Source: Pseudomonadota bacterium
GTDB lineage: Bacteria; Pseudomonadota; Gammaproteobacteria; Pseudomonadales; JADFDG01
Direction of reading: 5' to 3'
Assembly: GCA_049323295.1 (NCBI GenBank)
Contig: JBMOON010000050.1
Location: 344,790-408,789 of the forward strand
DNA length: 64,000 nucleotides
Position numbers and translations under genes: made by a program. Of the stretch, positions 55,281-64,000 are shown piece after piece; the first letter of the stretch is position 1, and each line of letters begins with the position of its first letter. The notes beneath the pieces were generated by a model. That model was not told the origin of the DNA, did no database searches, and was given only the letters and a program-made list of their open reading frames with translations.

Positions 55281-56726
55281 TTATTTCTTCAGTTCGAACG
55301 CGGTGGACAGTTTTTTCGGCACGGCCGTGTTTTTCAGCTGCACGTATTGCGGCAGGCCGTCCTTGTAGGGCGGGTGGTCCTCGCCGCGGATCAGCGGCGC
55401 CAGGTAGCGGCGTGCCTTGTCGGTGATGCCGAAGCCGTCGGCGGTGATGAAGTCGCGCGGCATTTTCTTCTCGACGTTGGCCACCTGTGCCAGCGGCGCC
55501 TCGCCGATCGTCCATTGGTACGGCGCATCCGACTTGCGGACGATGGTGGGCATGATCGCATTGTGGCCCTTCAGGGCCAGTTCGACCGCGGCCTTGCCGA
55601 CCGCATAGGCCTGCTCGACGTCGGTTTTCGAGGCGATGTGGCGTGCCGAGCGCTGCAGGTAGTCCGGCACCGCCCAGTGGTACTTCAGCTTCAGGTTGTT
55701 CTTCACCAGCGCCGCCAGGGCCGGCGCAACGCCGCCCAGCTGCGTGTGGCCGAAGGCATCGACGGTGCCGGCGTCGGCGAGAAAGCGGCCGTCGGCGTAT
55801 TTCGCGCCTTCGGAAACGACGATCACGCAGTAGCCGACGCGCTTCACCGTCTCATCGACCTTCTTCAGGAAGGCTTCCGGCTCGAAGGCAATTTCCGGGA
55901 ACAGGATGATGTGCGGCGGTTCGTCGCCGCCGTTGCCGGCGAGGCCGGCTGCCGCGGCGATCCAGCCGGCGTGGCGGCCCATCGCTTCCATGATGAAAAC
56001 CTTGGTGCTGGTTTTCGCCATCGAGGCGACATCCAGTGCGGCTTCTTTCACCGAGATGGCGCTGTACTTGGCGACCGAGCCGAAGCCCGGGCAGTTGTCG
56101 GTGAGCGGCAGGTCGTTGTCGACCGTTTTCGGTACATGGATGGCCTGGATGGGGTAGCCCATCGTTTCGCTGAGCTGGGAAATCTTCAGGCAGGTGTCGG
56201 CGGAGTCGCCGCCGCCGTTGTAGAAGAAGTAGCCGATGTCGTGCGCCCTGAAGACTTCGATCAGGCGTTCGTACTCGGCACGGTTCTGTTCCAGCGATTT
56301 CAGCTTGTAGCGACAGGAGCCGAAGGCGCCGGCCGGCGTATGGCGCAGGGCGGCGATGGCGGCGGCGGACTCCTTCGAGGTATCGATCAGGTCTTCCAGC
56401 AGGGCACCGATGATGCCGTTGCGTCCCGCATACACCTTGCCGATGCGGTTGCCGTGCTTGCGCGCCGTCTCGATCACGCCGCAGGCGGTGGCGTTGATGA
56501 CGGCGGTCACGCCGCCGGACTGCGCATAGAAGGCGTTGCGCGGCCGGGCTTTTGCCGCGGACTTTTTCGCCGGCTTCGCGGCGCCGGCTTTCCGGACCGG
56601 TTTCTTCGCGGCGGTTCCGGCTTTCGGTGCGGCCCTCCGGCCGGCGGCCTTCGGAACCGGGCGGGCGGCGGGCTTGCGGGCGGCGGCGGAGCGGCGGGCG
56701 GGCTTGCGGGTTTTGCTGGCGGTCAT
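55281..56726 (-). CDS. Phosphofructokinase family protein (PKTVDND type; ATP or PPi donor not resolved) with 63-aa Lys/Arg/Ala/Pro N-terminal tail
   Basis: Track ORF trimmed to the ATG at 56724-56726 (MTASKTRKPARR). The PFK core starts at NAFYAQSGGVTAVINA and includes YNGGGDSADT, HVPKTVDNDLP and MGRHAGW. No in-frame ATG, GTG or TTG lies between the first Met and the core. Confidence 0.88.
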   Translation of the reverse strand: MTASKTRKPARRSAAARKPAARPVPKAAGRRAAPKAGTAAKKPVRKAGAAKPAKKSAAKARPRNAFYAQSGGVTAVINATACGVIETARKHGNRIGKVYAGRNGIIGALLEDLIDTSKESAAAIAALRHTPAGAFGSCRYKLKSLEQNRAEYERLIEVFRAHDIGYFFYNGGGDSADTCLKISQLSETMGYPIQAIHVPKTVDNDLPLTDNCPGFGSVAKYSAISVKEAALDVASMAKTSTKVFIMEAMGRHAGWIAAAAGLAGNGGDEPPHIILFPEIAFEPEAFLKKVDETVKRVGYCVIVVSEGAKYADGRFLADAGTVDAFGHTQLGGVAPALAALVKNNLKLKYHWAVPDYLQRSARHIASKTDVEQAYAVGKAAVELALKGHNAIMPTIVRKSDAPYQWTIGEAPLAQVANVEKKMPRDFITADGFGITDKARRYLAPLIRGEDHPPYKDGLPQYVQLKNTAVPKKLSTAFELKK

Positions 56727-56904
56727 GGCGTGCCTGCGGAGACACGGTCGGCGGGCGGGCCCGCGCGGCCGGATGCATGTGGAGGGGGACGGGAAGACGG
56801 CGGCGATGATACCGGAGGGCGCCGGGCGGGGGAAAACCCGTGGTCCGCGGCCGACGCCCGGGACGTCCGGCAGCGGGCGTGTAAACTTCCCGCATCCCGG
56901 TTCG

Positions 56905-57447
56905 ATGACCCCGCCCATGCCCCGCGAATTCACCCTGTTCTGGAACCTGTGCCTGCTGCGCACGAGTCCCGACCAGATTCCCTATTCGCTGCCGCTGGCC
57001 TGGCTGGTGTTCGCGCTCTGGGCTGCCGTGGCCCTGCCGCTGGTGCTCAGTGTGCCGGGTCTGGAAGGCGCCCGGGTTCCGCTGTTCCTGGCGGCCACGG
57101 CCGGTGTCGAGTTCGTCGTGGTGGCCGTGCTGCTGGGCACGCGCGGCCTCGGGTCCCGCCTGCTGCAGACCATGACGGCGCTGCTCGGCGCCGATCTGGT
57201 GCTCAACCTGCTGTCGTGGCCGATGGTGTTGCCCTTTGCCGGCGAGCGCACGCCGGAAGCGGTCGCCGCGGCAGTGGGACAGTTGCTGCTGTTCGGCTGG
57301 AGCATCGCCGTGAAGGGCCATATCCTGCGTTCGGCACTCGAGTTGCCGCGATTCGCCGCCTACATGCTCGCGGTGGCCATTGCCTTCGGCACGATGGTGG
57401 CGGTCGGCGTCCTGTTTCCCGACCTGGCCGCGGCGCCCCGCGACTGA
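56905..57447 (+). CDS. Hypothetical inner-membrane protein (about 5 TM)
   Basis: In-frame ATG at 56905 (alternative 56917) within track ORF 56536..57447. The 180-aa product is largely hydrophobic. No family is recognised. Confidence 0.65.
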   Translation: MTPPMPREFTLFWNLCLLRTSPDQIPYSLPLAWLVFALWAAVALPLVLSVPGLEGARVPLFLAATAGVEFVVVAVLLGTRGLGSRLLQTMTALLGADLVLNLLSWPMVLPFAGERTPEAVAAAVGQLLLFGWSIAVKGHILRSALELPRFAAYMLAVAIAFGTMVAVGVLFPDLAAAPRD

Positions 57448-57466
57448 AACCCCGATCAGGAATCCC

Positions 57467-58855
57467 ATGCACATTCACATTCTCGGTATCTGCGGCACGT
57501 TCATGGGCGGACTGGCGATCCTCGCCCGCGAGCGCGGCGATACCGTCACCGGTTCCGACCAGAACGTGTATCCGCCGATGAGCACGCAGCTGGCGGCTGC
57601 CGGGATCGGCCTGATCGAGGGCTACGATGCGGCGCAGTTTTCCCCGCGACCGGATCTCGTGGTGGTCGGCAACGCGCTGTCGCGCGGCAACGCTGCCGTC
57701 GAGCACGTGCTCGACGCGCAGATTCCCTACGTCTCGGGCCCGCAGTGGCTGGCCGAGCACGTGCTGGCCGGCAAGTGGGTGATCGGCGTGGCCGGCACCC
57801 ACGGCAAGACCACCACCACCAGCATGGTGGCCTGGATCCTGGAGCACGCCGGCCTGGAACCGGGTTTCCTGATCGGCGGCGTGCCCAAGAATTTCGGCAT
57901 CTCGGCGCGACTGGGCGGCGGGAAATTCTTCGTCGTCGAAGCCGACGAATACGACAGTGCGTTCTTCGACAAGCGCTCGAAGTTCGTCCACTACCGGCCG
58001 AAAACGGCCATCCTGAACAACCTGGAATTCGATCACGGCGATATCTTCGAGAATCTCGACGCGATCAAGAAACAGTTCCACCATCTGGTGCGCACCATTC
58101 CCGGCAACGGCCGCATCGTCTACCCGACGGTCGAGACGAACATCGTCGACACCCTGCGGAAGGGCTGCTGGACGCCGGTGGAAACCACCGGCATCGGCAC
58201 CGAGAGCGGCGAATGGACGGCCGAGCTGCTGGTGGCGGACGGCAGCGATTTCCGCGTGCGCCGCCACGGCAAGCCGGTGGGCGAGGTCCGCTGGAGCAGC
58301 GCCGGCGAACACAACGTGCGCAACGCACTGGCGGCCATCGCCGCTGCCGTGCATGCGGGCGTCGAGCCGGAAACGGCCGTCGAGGCGCTGTGCGGCTTCG
58401 AGGGCGTGAAGCGCCGCCTCGACCTGCTCGGCGAGGTCGGCGGCGTCAGCGTGTACGACGATTTCGCGCACCATCCCACCGCCATCGCCGTGACGCTGTC
58501 GGGCATGCGCAAGCGCGTGGCCGAGCGCGGTGGCGGCCGGATCCTGCTGGCGATCGAGCCGCGCTCCAACACCATGCGCATGGGCATGCACCGGGAGCAC
58601 CTCGCGCCCTCGACTGCCGAGGCCGATGCCGTGTTCTGGTACCAGCCGCCCGGCCTCGACTGGGCCCTCGACGACGTGATCGCCGCCAGCAAGGCGCCGG
58701 CGCAGGTGGTCGGCGACATCGAGGATCTGGTGCGCATCCTGGCAGCGGCGGCCCGGCCCGGCGACTCGGTGCTGATCATGAGCAACGGCGGTTTCGGCGG
58801 CATCCACCACAAGCTGCTGGCGGCCCTGAAAACAAAACAGGAAGTGATGTCATGA
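57467..58855 (+). CDS. mpl: UDP-N-acetylmuramate:L-alanyl-gamma-D-glutamyl-meso-diaminopimelate ligase
   Basis: In-frame ATG at 57467. The product starts MHIHILGICGTFMGGLAILARERG and has the Mur ligase P-loop GVAGTHGKTTTTSM. It is about 462 aa. Confidence 0.93.
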   Translation: MHIHILGICGTFMGGLAILARERGDTVTGSDQNVYPPMSTQLAAAGIGLIEGYDAAQFSPRPDLVVVGNALSRGNAAVEHVLDAQIPYVSGPQWLAEHVLAGKWVIGVAGTHGKTTTTSMVAWILEHAGLEPGFLIGGVPKNFGISARLGGGKFFVVEADEYDSAFFDKRSKFVHYRPKTAILNNLEFDHGDIFENLDAIKKQFHHLVRTIPGNGRIVYPTVETNIVDTLRKGCWTPVETTGIGTESGEWTAELLVADGSDFRVRRHGKPVGEVRWSSAGEHNVRNALAAIAAAVHAGVEPETAVEALCGFEGVKRRLDLLGEVGGVSVYDDFAHHPTAIAVTLSGMRKRVAERGGGRILLAIEPRSNTMRMGMHREHLAPSTAEADAVFWYQPPGLDWALDDVIAASKAPAQVVGDIEDLVRILAAAARPGDSVLIMSNGGFGGIHHKLLAALKTKQEVMS

Positions 58856-59301
58856 ACGGCGAAGCGATCGTTGCCTATTTCCACTATGCGTCGATATTCG
58901 CGCTCGCCGGCGCGCTGATGGTCGAGTATGTGCTGCTGCGGCAGCCGGATCTGCGGCCGTTCGTGGCCCTGCTGGCGCGCGCCGATCTCGTCTACGGGCT
59001 GTGTGCGCTGGCAGTGCTGGTGACCGGTCTGCTGCGACTGTTCGCGTTCGGCAAGGGCGTCGATTTCTACACCGGCAGCTGGCTGTTCCACGCCAAGCTG
59101 TCGTTGTTCGTGCTGACCGCGCTGGTGTCGATCGTGCCCACGGTGCGTTTCACCCGCTGGCGGCGGGCGCAGCTGGCCGGCACGCTGGCAATCACGCCGG
59201 GCGAACACCGGGCAATGCGGCTGATCCTGCTGCTGGAAATGCACCTCGTTTTCCTGATTCCGCTGTTCGCCGTGTTCATGGCGCGCGGCTACGGCCAGTA
59301 A
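58852..59301 (+). CDS. Small 4-TM membrane protein (DUF2214-like)
   Basis: ATG at 58852 overlaps the mpl stop (ATGA). The 149-aa product has four hydrophobic helices. The family call is tentative. Confidence 0.7.
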   Translation: MNGEAIVAYFHYASIFALAGALMVEYVLLRQPDLRPFVALLARADLVYGLCALAVLVTGLLRLFAFGKGVDFYTGSWLFHAKLSLFVLTALVSIVPTVRFTRWRRAQLAGTLAITPGEHRAMRLILLLEMHLVFLIPLFAVFMARGYGQ

Positions 59302-59320
59302 GCGCACGCCGGCCCTGCCC

Positions 59321-59932
59321 GTGGCTGCCGAAACCGTCACGCTTGCCATCACCGGCGCTTCCGGCGTGCAGTACGGGCTGCGACTGCTGGAATGCCTGAT
59401 ACAGGCGGACCGCCGCGTCTTTCTGCTGGTCTCGAAGGCGGCGCGGGTGGTGATCGGCACCGAGACCGACCTCAAGCTGCCGCCGCAGCCGAATGCGACC
59501 GCCGATTTCCTGGCGCAGCGTCTTGGCGCGAAAGAAGGGCAGATCGCGGTGTTCGGCGACGAGCAGTGGACGGCGCCGGTCGCCTCGGGTTCCGGCGCGC
59601 CGACCCGCATGGTGATCTGCCCGTGCAGTACCGGCACGTTGTCGGCGCTGGCCACCGGAGCCTGCAACAACCTCATCGAGCGTGCCGCCGACGTGGCGCT
59701 GAAGGAACGCCGGCAACTCATCCTGGTGCCGCGCGAGGCGCCGTACCACGAGGTACACCTGGCCAACATGCTGCTGCTGACGCGCATGGGGGCGACGATC
59801 GTGCCGGCCAGCCCCGGTTTCTACAACCGTCCGCAGAGCGTGCAGGACATGGTCGATTTCATCGTTGCCCGGTTGCTCGACCAGCTGGGGGTGCCGCAGG
59901 CGCTGCAGCCGCGCTGGGGAGAAACGCGTTGA
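59321..59932 (+). CDS. ubiX: Flavin prenyltransferase UbiX
   Basis: 203 aa with a GTG start. It has [32 protein letters not shown] and [12 protein letters not shown] motifs. Confidence 0.93.
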   Translation: MAAETVTLAITGASGVQYGLRLLECLIQADRRVFLLVSKAARVVIGTETDLKLPPQPNATADFLAQRLGAKEGQIAVFGDEQWTAPVASGSGAPTRMVICPCSTGTLSALATGACNNLIERAADVALKERRQLILVPREAPYHEVHLANMLLLTRMGATIVPASPGFYNRPQSVQDMVDFIVARLLDQLGVPQALQPRWGETR

Positions 59933-60531
59933 CCGGACTCGACATCCCGTTGTTCCCGCTGCACACGGTGCTTTTCCCCGGCGGTTTCCTGCCGCTGCGG
60001 ATTTTCGAGCCGCGTTACCTGGAGATGGTGTCGCTCTGCATGCAGCAGCAATTGCCGTTCGGGGTGGTGCTGATCCGCGACGGGCGGGAGGTCGGCGAGG
60101 TGGCCGAACCGCATGCGGTCGGCACGCTGGCGACGATCGTCGACTTCGACAAGTCGAACGACGGCATGCTGATGATCGCCTGCATCGGCGGCGACCGGTT
60201 CCGGATCCGCGAGCGACACGTCGAGCCGAACCGTCTGCTGCGCGCGCAGGTCGACATCCTGCTGCCGCCGGACGACCGGGTGCTGCCGCCGGAATACGAA
60301 TCGCTGGCGACCTTCCTGCGCGCGGTGGTCAACCAGCCGGGCATGTCGCGCCGCATCGCGCCGCCGGACATCGACTACAGCAGCCCGCGCGAGATCGGTT
60401 ACCGGCTGGCCGAGCTGTTGCCGGTGGCGCCGGCGGACCAGCAGCGACTGCTGGAGATCGACGATCCGCTGGAACGGCTGGCGGAGATTGCCGGGCTGAT
60501 CCGCGGGATGGAGTTCACGCTGGAAGCCTGA
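59929..60531 (+). CDS. LON N-terminal (substrate-binding, PUA-like) domain protein
   Basis: TTG at 59929 overlaps the ubiX stop. The product starts [34 protein letters not shown], typical of stand-alone Lon-N domain proteins. The start codon is uncertain. Confidence 0.78.
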   Translation: MTGLDIPLFPLHTVLFPGGFLPLRIFEPRYLEMVSLCMQQQLPFGVVLIRDGREVGEVAEPHAVGTLATIVDFDKSNDGMLMIACIGGDRFRIRERHVEPNRLLRAQVDILLPPDDRVLPPEYESLATFLRAVVNQPGMSRRIAPPDIDYSSPREIGYRLAELLPVAPADQQRLLEIDDPLERLAEIAGLIRGMEFTLEA

Positions 60532-60549
60532 GTTGCCGTCTGCCAGACG

Positions 60550-60578
60550 AAAACGCCGCGCGGATGCGCGGCGTTTTT
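60550..60578. terminator. Bidirectional Rho-independent terminator
   Basis: The sequence is aaaacgccgcgc-ggat-gcgcggcgttttt, a 12-bp stem with flanking A and T runs, between convergent genes. Confidence 0.75.
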
Positions 60579-60594
60579 CATTGCGGACCGCAGG

Positions 60595-61281
60595 TCACCA
60601 CGGCAATTCGAGGTGTTTTTCCCGCCACGGCTTGTATTCCGGCCGCTCGACGACCCGACGCAGTTTTTCCAGCGTGAAATACGGGATGTCCTTGAGCACG
60701 ATGTTGGCGATCCAGGCCGGGATGTAGCCGCCCGGATCCATGATCAGCTCGTAGGTCACTTCCACTTCATGGCCGTTGCCGGTGGGCGAGAAGGCGAAGC
60801 GGCCCTGCATCTGCGGGATGCGCACGTACTCGTCGTCCAGCGGCAGCATGTTGGCGTCGTTCACCACGTGCACGGTGACTGCCTTGGTCGCCGGATCCTG
60901 CCGGACCAGCAACTGCACCAGCGCTTCGCGATCGGCCAGCGGCCAGGGCAGCGAGGTGAGGAACTGGTATTTGCGGTTGAGGTAGTCGGTGCGGCTGATT
61001 TCCTTCGTCTGCGACACGAAGTGCATCCAGCGCGGCATGTTCGGGGTGTCGTTCAGCACTGCCGACAGGGCGTGGAGACTGTCGACGCTGAAGCGGGTGA
61101 CGCCGCGGAAGGTCTTGATGCGGGCGTCGTCGGCATGCCGCATGTAGACCTTGATGCCGTTCTTGTCGGAGACCAGCCGCCAGGTTTCCCCGGCCGGATC
61201 GGCCGCCGCGGCGGAAACGGTGAAGGTCAGCAGGAAGGCGAGCAGCGCAGCGAAGGGGCGGAACGCGGTGAGACTGGTCAT
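60595..61281 (-). CDS. Secreted START/SRPBCC lipid-binding domain protein
   Basis: 228 aa. The signal peptide (FAALLAFLLTFTVSAAAA) is followed by a START-like pattern (WRLVSDKNGIKVY...PWPLADREAL...GGYIPAWIAN). Confidence 0.8.
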   Translation of the reverse strand: MTSLTAFRPFAALLAFLLTFTVSAAAADPAGETWRLVSDKNGIKVYMRHADDARIKTFRGVTRFSVDSLHALSAVLNDTPNMPRWMHFVSQTKEISRTDYLNRKYQFLTSLPWPLADREALVQLLVRQDPATKAVTVHVVNDANMLPLDDEYVRIPQMQGRFAFSPTGNGHEVEVTYELIMDPGGYIPAWIANIVLKDIPYFTLEKLRRVVERPEYKPWREKHLELPW

Positions 61282-61331
61282 TCTTGTTGTTCTCCCGGGC
61301 CTCCGGCCCGCAAATCACGAGGCAAAGCCTA

Positions 61332-62348
61332 TCACGGCGTCATGCCGGGATTCTGTTGTCCGACGTTGATGCCTTTGTGTTGTTGTTCGGCATGGTAGGA
61401 CGAGCGCACCAGCGGGCCAGAGGCCACGGCGGTGAAGCCCAGTTCCATGGCGTAGCGGGCCCAGGCGTCGAACTGCGCCGGCTCGACGAAGCGCTTCACC
61501 GGTGCATGGTGCTTCGAGGGCTGCAGGTACTGGCCGATGGTGATGCCGTCGACATCGTGGGCGCGCAGGTCGCGCATCACCTGTTCGATCTCCCCGTCGG
61601 TCTCGCCCAGGCCCACCATCAGGCCGGACTTGGTCGGTACGTCCGGGCATTCCTGCTTGAAGCGCTTGAGGAGCGTGAGCGAGTACTGGTAGTCGGAGCC
61701 GGGGCGGATCTCGCGGTACAGGCGCGGCACGTTCTCCAGATTGTGGTTGAACACGTCCGGCGGTGCCGCCTTCATGATGGCCAGCGCGACGTCCATGCGG
61801 CCGCGGAAGTCCGGCACCAGCACCTCGATCTTCGTCTGCGGGCTGGCGGCGCGGATGGCACGGATGCAGTCGACGAAATGCTGCGCCCCGCCGTCCTTCA
61901 GGTCGTCGCGGTCCACGCTGGTGACGACGACGTACTTGAGGTTGAGTCCGCGCACCGCTTCGGCGAGGTGCTGCGGCTCCTCCGGATCCAGCGGTTTCGG
62001 CCGGCCGTGGGCCACGTCGCAGAACGGGCAGCGCCGCGTGCAGATGTCGCCCATGATCATGAAGGTCGCGGTGCCGCCGCCGAAACATTCCGGCAGGTTC
62101 GGGCAGGAGGCTTCCTCGCAGACGGTGTGCAGTTTCTGCTGGCGCAACAGGCCCTTGATGCGCTCGATCTCGCCGCCGGCCGGCAGTCGCACGCGGATCC
62201 AGTCCGGCTTGCGCGGCAGCTCTTCGGTCGGTTCGATCTTCACCGGGATGCGCGCCATCTTCTCGGCGCCGCGCATCTTCACGCCGGGTTCGGCGCGGTA
62301 GGCGGAGCGGGCGGGCAGGGTCGGGTCGGGCGTGGGGGCGTCGGTCAT
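61332..62348 (-). CDS. lipA: Lipoyl synthase
   Basis: Track ORF trimmed to MTDAPTPDP (ATG at 62346-62348). It has the auxiliary cluster motif [12 protein letters not shown] and the radical-SAM motif CTRRCPFC. Confidence 0.95.
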   Translation of the reverse strand: MTDAPTPDPTLPARSAYRAEPGVKMRGAEKMARIPVKIEPTEELPRKPDWIRVRLPAGGEIERIKGLLRQQKLHTVCEEASCPNLPECFGGGTATFMIMGDICTRRCPFCDVAHGRPKPLDPEEPQHLAEAVRGLNLKYVVVTSVDRDDLKDGGAQHFVDCIRAIRAASPQTKIEVLVPDFRGRMDVALAIMKAAPPDVFNHNLENVPRLYREIRPGSDYQYSLTLLKRFKQECPDVPTKSGLMVGLGETDGEIEQVMRDLRAHDVDGITIGQYLQPSKHHAPVKRFVEPAQFDAWARYAMELGFTAVASGPLVRSSYHAEQQHKGINVGQQNPGMTP

Positions 62349-62361
62349 GATGCCGGCGATT

Positions 62362-63033
62362 CTAACCCGCCGGGGGCGGCGCTTCCGGGGCAAAGCCGAA
62401 GGCGGTGCGCAGGTGCCGGAGCAGGGCGTCCTCCATGGCGGCGCGGGCCGGCGGTACGGCCGTCTCGTCGCAGACCCGGGTCATCGGCATGCCGGCGTAA
62501 CCGCAGGGGTTGATGCGGCCGAAGGGCTCGAGGTCGGGGTCGTGGTTCAGTGCCAGGCCGTGGTAGCTGCAGCCGCGGCGGATGCGCAGGCCCAGCGAGG
62601 CGATCTTGCGCGCCGCGCCGCCGGCCGGATCGGCCACGTAGACTCCGTGCGCATCGCTGCGCGGGAAGGCGCTGATGCCGGCGTCCGCCAGCGCGGCGAC
62701 GATCGTCTGTTCCAGCCGCTCGACCAGGGTGCGCGGGCCGATGCCCAGCCGCCGCAGGTCGAACAGCGCATAGCCGACGATCTGGCCCGGGCCGTGCCAG
62801 GTCACCTGGCCCCCGCGATCGCTCTGCACCACCGGGATGCCGCCCGGGTTCAGCAGGTGTTCGGGCCGGCCGGCCTGGCCGAGGGTGAACACGGAGTGGT
62901 GTTCGAGCAGCCAGAACTCGTCGGGCGTCTGCGCATCGCGGCGGGCGGTGAAGGCCTGCATGTTGCGCCAGGCGGCGGCGTAATCGACGCGGCCCGGCCG
63001 GCGCACGACCAGCGGCAGCGCGGCGGTGGCCAT
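62362..63033 (-). CDS. lipB: Octanoyltransferase
   Basis: Track ORF trimmed to [12 protein letters not shown] (ATG at 63031-63033). It has [14 protein letters not shown] and [21 protein letters not shown] motifs. Confidence 0.92.
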   Translation of the reverse strand: MATAALPLVVRRPGRVDYAAAWRNMQAFTARRDAQTPDEFWLLEHHSVFTLGQAGRPEHLLNPGGIPVVQSDRGGQVTWHGPGQIVGYALFDLRRLGIGPRTLVERLEQTIVAALADAGISAFPRSDAHGVYVADPAGGAARKIASLGLRIRRGCSYHGLALNHDPDLEPFGRINPCGYAGMPMTRVCDETAVPPARAAMEDALLRHLRTAFGFAPEAPPPAG

Positions 63034-63350
63034 CAGATGGCCGTGCGCACGCGCGGTTCGGCGCGCAGGTCGCGGTAGATGCCTTCGAGCTGCTCGCGAT
63101 CCTGCACGGTGACGGTGAGCGAGAGCGCGAGGTATTTGCCGCCCGACGACGGCCGCGTGCCGATGTCCTGCGGCACGAAATCGCCGAGGCGGCGGGCCAG
63201 GATGGCGCAGACCAGGTCCGCCAGCGGCGGTTCGCCCGGCGGCGTCTGCGCGTCGCCGAACACCTTCAGCGTCATGGTGTGGGGAAACTCCCACAACGCG
63301 TCGTTGATGCTTTCCGGCGGCCGGCCGGCTCCGGGATGGTCGGGCGTCAT
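63033..63350 (-). CDS. ybeD: YbeD/DUF493 family protein
   Basis: 105 aa with [11 protein letters not shown] and the YbeD fold pattern. It has the conserved dacC-ybeD-lipB position, and its stop overlaps the lipB start (ATGA). Confidence 0.88.
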   Translation of the reverse strand: MTPDHPGAGRPPESINDALWEFPHTMTLKVFGDAQTPPGEPPLADLVCAILARRLGDFVPQDIGTRPSSGGKYLALSLTVTVQDREQLEGIYRDLRAEPRVRTAI

Positions 63351-63351
63351 G

Positions 63352-64000
63352 TCAGCCGATCAGTCCGGAGAAGAACAGTTTCAGCCAGTGCCAGGCGCGC
63401 TTGAACAGGCCGCCTTCCTCGACGTCCTGCATCGCCACCAGCGGCTGCTCCAGCAGCACGCGGTCGCCGTGGCGGATCACGAAAGTGCCGAGCGCATCGC
63501 CTTTCTTCAGCGGCGCGCGGACTTCCGGCAGCACGTTGATCGCCGCCTTGAGTTCGGCGTGGCTGCCGCGCGGGATGGTGAGCACGATGTCGCGGTCGAG
63601 TCCCAGCGTGACCTGGTCGGCTTCGCCCATCCAGACCGGACTGTCGCCGAGCACGGTGCCGGCCGGATACGGTGCGTAGGTTTCGTAGTTGCGGAAACCC
63701 CAGTCGAGCAGCTTGGCCGATTCGTCGGCGCGTGCGTTCTTGCTCGGCGTGTTGAGCACGACGGACACCAGGCGGGTGTCGCCGCGTTTGGCCGAGGCGA
63801 CCAGGCAGTAGCCGGCGGCTTCGGTGTGGCCGGTCTTCAGACCGTCGACGGTCGGATCGCGCCACAGCAGTTCGTTGCGGTTCTGCTGCGCGCGCCCGAT
63901 GTTGTACTTGAACTCCTTCTCGGAATAGAGCCGGTAGTTTTCCGGGAAGTCGTAGATGATGGCGCGCGCCAGCGTTGCCAGATCGTGTGCCGAGCTGTAC
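63352..64000 (-). CDS. dacC: D-alanyl-D-alanine carboxypeptidase (PBP5/6 family), C-terminal part; gene runs off right edge
   Basis: The frame stays open to the window edge beyond track ORF 63352..63768. The reverse translation includes LKTGHTEAAGYCLVASA (K-T-G motif) and the PBP5 C-terminal domain with an amphipathic anchor (WHWLKLFFSGLIG). Confidence 0.88.
   Translation of the reverse strand, partial: YSSAHDLATLARAIIYDFPENYRLYSEKEFKYNIGRAQQNRNELLWRDPTVDGLKTGHTEAAGYCLVASAKRGDTRLVSVVLNTPSKNARADESAKLLDWGFRNYETYAPYPAGTVLGDSPVWMGEADQVTLGLDRDIVLTIPRGSHAELKAAINVLPEVRAPLKKGDALGTFVIRHGDRVLLEQPLVAMQDVEEGGLFKRAWHWLKLFFSGLIG

Overview
This is a very GC-rich chromosomal segment (about two-thirds G+C by eye, not computed) from a gammaproteobacterium. 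I call about 60 protein-coding genes. I can recognise no rRNA, tRNA, CRISPR array, transposase, integrase or phage gene. Most of the long ORFs in the six-frame track are antisense shadow ORFs caused by the GC bias.

Most of the window is housekeeping sequence. The gene blocks match the order I remember for Pseudomonas aeruginosa PAO1 (from memory, to be verified):
- surA-lptD / amgK-murU
- rpe-gph-trpE
- trpGDC-vfr-osmC-speD-coq7-HIT
- purD-purH-fis-dusB-DUF3426-prmA-accCB-aroQ-dsbD
- ppa
- mpl-ubiX
- lipAB-ybeD-dacC

Accessory-looking inserts sit between these blocks:
- a NIT-like hybrid kinase, a YjgR ATPase, a P450 and a GH17-GT2 glucan synthase
- a domain-minimal modE/modCBA locus
- an orphan secreted protein next to a candidate trp leader peptide
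- a cAMP-type signalling module (CHASE2 cyclase, a tandem-CNB-rhodanese protein, a 7TMR-DISM hybrid kinase)
- a phosphofructokinase with a histone-like tail, linked to a CNB protein and ppa

The strongest candidate for an undescribed system is an eight-gene co-directional array at 46022-53907, divergent from dsbD. It encodes a TlpA-like thioredoxin, a DUF4266 CGC-lipoprotein, a DUF3570 outer-membrane protein, a response regulator, a histidine kinase, ApbE, a DUF2333 protein and a PF10136 membrane protein. The outer-membrane protein carries an ApbE-type flavinylation motif (DSLTGAS).

All family assignments come from reading the translations, not from searches.
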